From a virus (lineage: Duplodnaviria > Caudoviricetes): DNA of 64,000 bases. The notes under the pieces are model-generated. The model did not search any database. It was not told where the DNA came from and was given only the letters and a program-made list of their open reading frames with translations. Every line of letters starts with the position of its first letter. The first letter of the stretch is position 1. The position numbers and the translations under genes are program-made. Location of the stretch: IMG/VR virus record IMGVR_UViG_3300005077_000712, positions 25,209-89,208 of that record. One strand, given 5' to 3'. This document shows, piece after piece, positions 57,421-64,000 of the stretch.

Positions 57421-57688
57421 TATGTATGATAAATATTTAAATAGGATAAAATCAAAAGAAAACCCAATAAATGAAAGTTTTGTAGATTCAACAGTAGAGA
57501 GATTATCAAAATTTGTTGGTACTGCGTTAGCTGAATTTATGAATGAATTAAAAGCTGAAGATAGTAATTTAGCTAGTAATATAAATAAGTTGGGTGCTAA
57601 TAAAAAAATAAAAGAATTTCAAGAAAGATTTAAAGATAGTCCTCAATTCAAAAAATTTATAGAAAGACAAATTAAAAAAGGAGAATAA
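57410..57688 (+). CDS. Hypothetical protein
   Basis: 92 aa. Confidence 0.55.
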   Translation: MKSDMYDKYLNRIKSKENPINESFVDSTVERLSKFVGTALAEFMNELKAEDSNLASNINKLGANKKIKEFQERFKDSPQFKKFIERQIKKGE

Positions 57689-57728
57689 ATATAATTATAT
57701 ATAAGTTAAATATATAAGGATATTTTAC

Positions 57729-58439
57729 ATGGAAGAACAAACTATTTTAACTCAATTAAGTAATGTCGTAAAATCTCGTAAAAAAGGTGTAGAAGGAAAG
57801 AAAAAAGGGAAAAGAGGTGAGTCTTGGTTTGCTGATAAATTATCAGATGTATCAGGATTACATTTCCATCGAATATTTTCAAGTGGTGCTGCTGTAGGTG
57901 GAACAAATAATAATTTGCTTAATCAATTAACCCAATCTCAAGCAGAAGCGCAACTTGGTGATATTCAAAGCCCTGAAGATTTTTTGCATTATTTTATATG
58001 GGAATGTAAAAATTATGCGGATCTTGATTTTCATAATTTATTTAATTTATCATTTTCAAAAACAGTTTTAGGTTGGATTAACGAACTTGAATATGATTTA
58101 CAATCTGCTGTTACTTTAATGAAAAATAATTATAGACCTGTTGTTGGGTTTTTATGTATAAAGATAACAAGGAAGGGGGCTTGGATTATTGGTAATGAAA
58201 AGTATATAAATGATATATTTTTTAAGAATAGTGAAATGAAAGTTGATAATATCTTATATTTTGTAAGAGAACCAAATGAAGTTTTAAAAAAAATTGGATT
58301 TGGAAATAAATATTTCATGATGGACTTCACAAATTTTGTAACATATAATAAAGAACAATTGTTTATTATTGATTCTGAAAAACAAAAAAGAATACAAAAA
58401 GCAATAAGTATTTTAAAACAAATTAATCATAATATATGA
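57729..58439 (+). CDS. Holliday junction resolvase-like PD-(D/E)XK nuclease
   Basis: GKRGESWF, LGDI, WECKNY. Confidence 0.75.
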   Translation: MEEQTILTQLSNVVKSRKKGVEGKKKGKRGESWFADKLSDVSGLHFHRIFSSGAAVGGTNNNLLNQLTQSQAEAQLGDIQSPEDFLHYFIWECKNYADLDFHNLFNLSFSKTVLGWINELEYDLQSAVTLMKNNYRPVVGFLCIKITRKGAWIIGNEKYINDIFFKNSEMKVDNILYFVREPNEVLKKIGFGNKYFMMDFTNFVTYNKEQLFIIDSEKQKRIQKAISILKQINHNI

Positions 58440-58744
58440 GGAAAGAAATGGAAAAAAATTTAGAATATTATTTAAATAAAGCAAGAGAAACTAATGAAGA
58501 AGTTCAACTTAAAGATAATCAAATAGAAATTTCAAAAAATAATGTTTTTGGTTCTATAAAAGGAAAGGATCTAAGTTCTATGTCAGCTCCAGACCTATAT
58601 GAAAAAATTAAAACAATCATGCCAAAACTTTATCAAGCAATTGAAGAAAAGGGTGGGTTAAAAATATTAATTGGGCAAGATGATTTACCAGATATAAGTA
58701 TAAATATGGATAGAAGTTTTGATATAAAACCAGATTCTAAATAA
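58436..58744 (+). CDS. Hypothetical protein
   Basis: 102 aa. Confidence 0.55.
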   Translation: MRKEMEKNLEYYLNKARETNEEVQLKDNQIEISKNNVFGSIKGKDLSSMSAPDLYEKIKTIMPKLYQAIEEKGGLKILIGQDDLPDISINMDRSFDIKPDSK

Positions 58745-58758
58745 ATAGGATAAAAAAA

Positions 58759-60564
58759 ATGTTTGATAAATATTTAAAGGAAGCATTAAATATTAATGCT
58801 ATAAATGAAGATTATTATATAGAATCAGGATTAAGAGACATAAAAGAACTTGCAAAAAAATATAAAAATGCAGTTATTTATTTTCATGAGGATCTTGATG
58901 GTGTAACATCTGCTATTGGTTTAAAAGAATATCTTAAAAAATATGGTATTCAAACAATAGAAGTACATCAAATCCAATATGGTTCACAAGAATATGCGAT
59001 ACCTAAATCAAGTGATAATGTACTTAATGTTTTAGTAGATTTTGCTCATGGAAAGTATATGATGCACATTCATACAGATCATCATGAATCACAAATAGGT
59101 GCAGGGCAAACAAAAGCAACTTCTTTCGTAAAAGCTCCTTCAAATGCAGATTTTATATCAACAGTTTTAAATCCACAAGATGTTTTTCCACAAGATGATA
59201 TTAAATTAATTTCAATAGTTGATAGTGCTGATTATGCAAAGAATGATATTCCAATAGAAAGAGTTATAAATGGTTTATTTGAATTAGATAAAAACAAACC
59301 GTTAAAAATAAATAAAGAAAATCAAGGGTTTGTTGTTAACAAATTACTTCTTTCTTATAAAAATAAAAAAGGATTTCTTGAACAAATTGTTATGAGATCA
59401 AAACCGTCATTACATTCTATGTATTTAGAAATTTTAAAATTTATAAAAGAAGCTAATATTACTATGCCTGGGAATTTAATTGGTGATAAAAAAAGTACAG
59501 AAGAATGGTCAAATCAATATGAAATGGTACAACGTGGTAAAAGATATAATTTAGGGAAAAGAGATGTTAAATATATATTACAATTAGGAGAAATAAAATA
59601 TTTCCAAGAAAAACGACATGGGAAATTTATAAAAGAAGTAATTTCACAAGAGATAAATAATCAAGGGCAACATATGGTAGTTGGAAATCTTTTAATTCAA
59701 TATGGGTCTTCTCCTTTATGGGGGCATAAAAAATTTGATAGATATATGGCATTTAAAATTAATCCTGATGTTGATTACTTTTGTATGATATGGCCATTTG
59801 GTATGATACAAGTTTCTAAAAACCCATTTAAGAAAGGTATTAACCCAGTTTCATTAGGTGATTTAATTCTTGGGAAAGGTGAAGGTATTACAAGATCTGG
59901 TGGAATAATGGATAAATTTAAATCAGAACTTGAAAATATTAAAGTTACTTTAGATGATATAAAATATAATCTTGAATCTGATATTAAAACGGAAGAACAT
60001 CCTGAAATAGAAGGAAAAGATATTGAAAATTTAAAAAATTCTTTACTTGAAATGGGTTATCAATCAAAATCAAAATCTGTTGGATTCACCGCAGATGATT
60101 TTGCTAATGTTTTCAAAGGATGCAGGATAGAAGGATTACAAAAGGACCCTGAATGGAAAAAAATGATGAGAACAATTACAAATACTAAATATCATAATTT
60201 AGTAGAAACAAGAAGTTCTAAAAGTTTTTATGATAAGAAAAAAGTTACAGAATTAATAAAAAGATTGTCAGTTAAAGAAGTTTACCCGCAAGCAACTGAA
60301 GAAATTGTAGGTGGTGATCCTAATAAAGTTTTAGCAACTGATATGTTGAAAAAAGTTAGTGTTCCTTTATGGGATATAGTTATGATAAATTCAGGCGGTC
60401 ATAAAGATATTACAAATATATCAAGTTTAAATTTTTGTGGTAGTGGTTTAAATATTTTAAGAAGAATTGCTTTTGAAATTGCTGAAAAAATGAAAGATAT
60501 GAAATTAGTTGATAATACACAAATTGAAGAATCATTTAATGAATTAAAAAATGAATTTGTTTAA
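58759..60564 (+). CDS. DHH-family phosphoesterase
   Basis: HEDLDG, VDFAH, HTDHH. Confidence 0.8.
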   Translation: MFDKYLKEALNINAINEDYYIESGLRDIKELAKKYKNAVIYFHEDLDGVTSAIGLKEYLKKYGIQTIEVHQIQYGSQEYAIPKSSDNVLNVLVDFAHGKYMMHIHTDHHESQIGAGQTKATSFVKAPSNADFISTVLNPQDVFPQDDIKLISIVDSADYAKNDIPIERVINGLFELDKNKPLKINKENQGFVVNKLLLSYKNKKGFLEQIVMRSKPSLHSMYLEILKFIKEANITMPGNLIGDKKSTEEWSNQYEMVQRGKRYNLGKRDVKYILQLGEIKYFQEKRHGKFIKEVISQEINNQGQHMVVGNLLIQYGSSPLWGHKKFDRYMAFKINPDVDYFCMIWPFGMIQVSKNPFKKGINPVSLGDLILGKGEGITRSGGIMDKFKSELENIKVTLDDIKYNLESDIKTEEHPEIEGKDIENLKNSLLEMGYQSKSKSVGFTADDFANVFKGCRIEGLQKDPEWKKMMRTITNTKYHNLVETRSSKSFYDKKKVTELIKRLSVKEVYPQATEEIVGGDPNKVLATDMLKKVSVPLWDIVMINSGGHKDITNISSLNFCGSGLNILRRIAFEIAEKMKDMKLVDNTQIEESFNELKNEFV

Positions 60565-61105
60565 TTATTATATAGAAAATGAAAAAGATTTCATTGATTT
60601 AGAACTTGGAAATAAAAATACAAGAATAAATTTTGGTGATAAAGCAGAAGCTTTTGTATATAATGATCTTATATCAAAAGGAATTAATGTTAAATCTGTA
60701 AAAGAATTTAAGAATTATACAAGAAAATTTGATCTTGAATATGGTGATTTATATTTTCCTGATACAAAAAAGTATATTGATGTTAAGATGGGAAAGGGAT
60801 TAAGTAAAGCATCTTTAAATAATTTTAAAGGTGAAGGATATTTGTTCGCAATAGGTATTCCTCCTACTGGTGGTAATGTAACTGCTAATAAAATTTGGTA
60901 TATAAAAGCAAGTGTATTGAGAGGAATAAGGGATAATGGTTATAATTCTAATATAGTTGAAAATCATTTAGATGCAAAGAAAATGGATGATATTATTGTA
61001 TATGCAAAAATGCCAAGTAAAGAAGAAGGGTTTTATTTTAATTTTAATTTAATTAAAGAAAAGATTAGTTATAGTTCAATTATAGAAAAAAAGTTAAAGA
61101 AATGA
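60551..61105 (+). CDS. PD-(D/E)XK nuclease-like protein
   Basis: GDKAE...GDL...YIDVK. Confidence 0.5.
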   Translation: MNLFNYYIENEKDFIDLELGNKNTRINFGDKAEAFVYNDLISKGINVKSVKEFKNYTRKFDLEYGDLYFPDTKKYIDVKMGKGLSKASLNNFKGEGYLFAIGIPPTGGNVTANKIWYIKASVLRGIRDNGYNSNIVENHLDAKKMDDIIVYAKMPSKEEGFYFNFNLIKEKISYSSIIEKKLKK

Positions 61106-61980
61106 AAATAGAAATTAAAAAAGAATTAGACCAAGAAACTTTAAAAAAAGTTAAAGAAGGTTTAAAAAGAAGCAGACAACTTAAACCACAAACTTTAAGA
61201 TATGCAGAAACATATGCTAAGGAGTGGATATTTATAAAAAATAATGATAATAAAGTCATTGGTTTTGCTGCAATTAAAAAACCTGAAAAAGACGGATTTG
61301 ATTCTGAAATTGGTTTCATTTATACTTATCCTGATAAAGAACTATCAAAAGAAGATATAATTTATAAATTAATAAGCTATATTAATAAAAAAAATGGAAA
61401 TGGTGGGATATACGCTTCTGTTTTATTAAATCCTATAAAAAAAATATTTAAACAACTTGGATATGATAAAATAGATGAATGGGATTCTGAAGTAAGACCA
61501 GGAAATAAAGTTGAATTATTTACAAATAAAAAATTAAAAATTGTTAGTGAGGACAAAATGAAAAAAATAACATTATGGGATTATCTTGAAAATAAATTAA
61601 ATATATTTAATGAAAGTGTATATACAATTACCCCTGAAAAAATGTATCTTGGAGGTACTACAGCGGGAACAGCACCAGGAGCAGGTAAAGAATTAATTAA
61701 ATTTAGTAGACAAATAAAATCAATTGATCCTGCTGATTCTGATATAAAAATGCAACTTAAAGAAGGTATTCTTGCATCAGGATTTATTAAAGATGAAAAG
61801 AAAGTAGAAGAAATGATTAATAATTTTTTAGTGGTTGGTCATACATATAGTTTACCTATGGAAATACAATTAAGAGGTGGAAAAATAGTTATTGTAAATG
61901 AAAAACAAAAATCACTAGATAAAACTGTTGCAAAACAAGACAAATCTGAATTTAATAAAAATTTTAAAAAAGTTGTATAA
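61102..61980 (+). CDS. GNAT-like N-terminal domain fused to an unknown C-terminal domain
   Basis: VIGFAAIKK...EIGFIYT...IFKQLGY. Confidence 0.55.
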   Translation: MKIEIKKELDQETLKKVKEGLKRSRQLKPQTLRYAETYAKEWIFIKNNDNKVIGFAAIKKPEKDGFDSEIGFIYTYPDKELSKEDIIYKLISYINKKNGNGGIYASVLLNPIKKIFKQLGYDKIDEWDSEVRPGNKVELFTNKKLKIVSEDKMKKITLWDYLENKLNIFNESVYTITPEKMYLGGTTAGTAPGAGKELIKFSRQIKSIDPADSDIKMQLKEGILASGFIKDEKKVEEMINNFLVVGHTYSLPMEIQLRGGKIVIVNEKQKSLDKTVAKQDKSEFNKNFKKVV

Positions 61981-61981
61981 T

Positions 61982-62010
61982 AAAAACCCCATCATAAAGA
62001 TGGGGTTTTT
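61982..62010. terminator. Bidirectional terminator
   Basis: AAAAACCCCATC-ATAAA-GATGGGGTTTTT. Confidence 0.85.
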
Positions 62011-62345
62011 ATTTCATGAGGAAAGTTTTTTGTAGAGTCCCATACAGCATTTTCATCATCAGCGGGAGCGCAAAAAAACACTTCTGATAAATCTTCTGGT
62101 ATAAGAAATGAATATTCAACATTAATATTTTTAATAGAGTTATCAATTACAGACCCTTTAAAAATATTATTTAGGGTATCATTTTTTATGTTATCTAAAA
62201 TTCTAAAAGCATATTTAATATAATGTTCATCAGTTTTTTCATTTTTTACATGAATATTATTATTATATATGATTATGATTTTTTTAATAAATTCATCAGA
62301 TTCAAGTATGGGTTTCTGTTTGAATTGAAATACATTATTTTTCAC
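61992..62345 (-). CDS. Hypothetical protein
   Basis: GTG start after AGGAG. Confidence 0.45.
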   Translation of the reverse strand: MKNNVFQFKQKPILESDEFIKKIIIIYNNNIHVKNEKTDEHYIKYAFRILDNIKNDTLNNIFKGSVIDNSIKNINVEYSFLIPEDLSEVFFCAPADDENAVWDSTKNFPHEIKTPSL

Positions 62346-62434
62346 ATATTTCTCCTAAAAAATAAGATATAATTTATTATAATAATTTAATATAAAATTG
62401 TCAATATTAAATTTAAAAAAATGGAAAAAAATAT

Positions 62435-63730
62435 ATGTTTTTAGCATATTTAGAAGCTAATGTTATTGATAAAATACAAAAATTAAAGAATTATAATAAT
62501 CAATTAATTAAATTAGAAAATTTTCTCAATAATCAAACACCACAATTAAAAGATAGTATTATTGATTTTTTAGCTGATATTGAAATAAAAACATTAGTGC
62601 AACTTATAGATTTAATTGGTTCATCTAATATAAATAATTTAATATCAAAAGTAAATGAAAACCCAATATTATCTAATATTTATAAATTTTATAACGCATC
62701 TATAGGTGATGGAGAATTACTTTGTGCTTGGATTTTAAATGGAAAATTAACATCAAATTCTGCATATGATATTTTATTAGGTGATAAATTAGTAGAAATA
62801 AAAACTCCTGCAAATAATGGTGACATATTTTTTTATAGATTTGGCATGGCAAATGATATTGTCATTCAAAATATAAGTATAGAAGGAATTAATTTATGGA
62901 ATGAGATTTCATATACATTAAATAAATTAAATAAATTAGATATTGAGGAATTAAAAAAACTATATATAAATGAAACAGAAGAAAATAAAAGATTAGTTTA
63001 TGAAGCTATAGATTATTTATTAGAAAATATTTCAACTATAAAAAATGCAAATATTACAGGTATAACCATTTACCATTTAAATAATTTTTATATTGTAAGT
63101 AAAAATTTATCTATTGATAAAGAAGATAAAACTTATTCAAGAGTTGATTTAAGAGGGAATTATATTAACAGGGATAAAATAGATATTGAACCGATTAAAA
63201 GAGAAGATATAGAAAATGCTAAACAAGGAAATACAAAAAGTCAAAGAACTATAAAAATAACTATTAAAGATAAAAGTAATAAAGAAGATAAAGTTGATAA
63301 TTTTTTAGTTGGTAGATTAAATGACTTGTATTATGTAAGACATGCAGATAAATTTGAAGATCATATAAAAGAATCAGCTAAAGCAATTATTGACGACAAT
63401 AAGTTATATATATTTTTTGACAAAAATGAAAATATAATTTTTTCTGGTAATGGGGTAAAATTAAAAAATCGTATAGGTTTTCATTCAATATCAAACTCAA
63501 GATTTAAAGTATTTGTTAATAATATTGATAAAGTTTATGATATATTTAAACAACTATATCATGAAGATGCTATAGGTACAGCAGCATTTTCAACTCCATC
63601 AGGAGCAGGTGGAAGTCCTGTAGAATCTATAACACCATCTAATTATGTTGGAACTATGGGTAGAAAGAAAAAAAAGAAAAGAAAATTTATTAGAATCCAA
63701 AGGCAAAAAGTAATTAATGATTTTATATAA
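62435..63730 (+). CDS. Hypothetical protein with a nuclease-like motif
   Basis: GDGEL...YDILL...VEIK; basic C-terminus. Confidence 0.55.
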   Translation: MFLAYLEANVIDKIQKLKNYNNQLIKLENFLNNQTPQLKDSIIDFLADIEIKTLVQLIDLIGSSNINNLISKVNENPILSNIYKFYNASIGDGELLCAWILNGKLTSNSAYDILLGDKLVEIKTPANNGDIFFYRFGMANDIVIQNISIEGINLWNEISYTLNKLNKLDIEELKKLYINETEENKRLVYEAIDYLLENISTIKNANITGITIYHLNNFYIVSKNLSIDKEDKTYSRVDLRGNYINRDKIDIEPIKREDIENAKQGNTKSQRTIKITIKDKSNKEDKVDNFLVGRLNDLYYVRHADKFEDHIKESAKAIIDDNKLYIFFDKNENIIFSGNGVKLKNRIGFHSISNSRFKVFVNNIDKVYDIFKQLYHEDAIGTAAFSTPSGAGGSPVESITPSNYVGTMGRKKKKKRKFIRIQRQKVINDFI

Positions 63731-63765
63731 TATTATATAAAATCTATATTTTAAAAGGCAAAACT

Positions 63766-64000
63766 ATGACTTTATTTGAAACATATTTAGAACAAGTAAG
63801 AAAAGAAAATTTTGAATTTATTCAACAAGAAGAAAATGATACTATTCTTGAATCTCTAGATAAAAGAATAAAATTAAAACATGAAAATATATATAAAGAA
63901 GAAAAAGAAGAAAAAGAAAAAGAAAATGAAGTTGAAAAAAAGGTTAATTCTGTTGAAAAGTCTAATGATTCTAAAAGAGAAAAGATATTAACTTCTTGGT
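63766..64000 (+). CDS. Hypothetical protein, truncated by the window edge
   Basis: MTLFETYLEQV..., open to the end of the window. Confidence 0.55.
   Translation, partial: MTLFETYLEQVRKENFEFIQQEENDTILESLDKRIKLKHENIYKEEKEEKEKENEVEKKVNSVEKSNDSKREKILTSW

Noticed and set aside
20696-57730. T4-like late promoter motif (TATAAATA or AAATATA upstream of structural genes)
   Set aside because: Several instances are present, but they cannot be distinguished from background at this AT content without statistics.
1-64000. tRNA, rRNA or integrase genes
   Set aside because: No tRNA T-loop or cloverleaf, rRNA-like tract or R-H-R-Y tyrosine recombinase motif was recognised by eye.

Overview
AT-rich segment of a large T4-like myovirus genome, annotated by eye with no HMM or database searches. 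1-20.7 kb is on the minus strand and carries accessory, nucleotide and repair genes: ribonucleotide reductase (partial), a SET-domain protein, a frameshifted GIY-YIG endonuclease, two RNA ligases plus Pnkp, three DNA methyltransferases (one with an intein), DenV, PC4 and the large terminase. 20.8-44.7 kb is on the plus strand and is the virion module: portal with intein, prohead protease, scaffold, major capsid, neck, tail terminator, sheath and tube. It is followed by SbcCD (minus) and a plus-strand block of accessory and putative head-packaged proteins. The main unexpected structure is a visibly more GC-rich stretch at ~7.5-12.9 kb: an array of short ORFs separated by integron attC-like hairpin sites. 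I mapped 14 complete sites and 4 half sites. For 13 cassettes the sequence after one GTT core is complementary to the sequence before the next AAC core. No integrase gene is present in the window. Many of the ORFs start inside the attC loop, read through the core, and use the TAA of the next core as their stop. Stem mismatches favour folding of the gene-sense strand. A ~134-bp near-identical inverted repeat pair (18.7 kb and 48.0 kb) brackets the terminase/structural module. No tRNA, rRNA or CRISPR array was seen.
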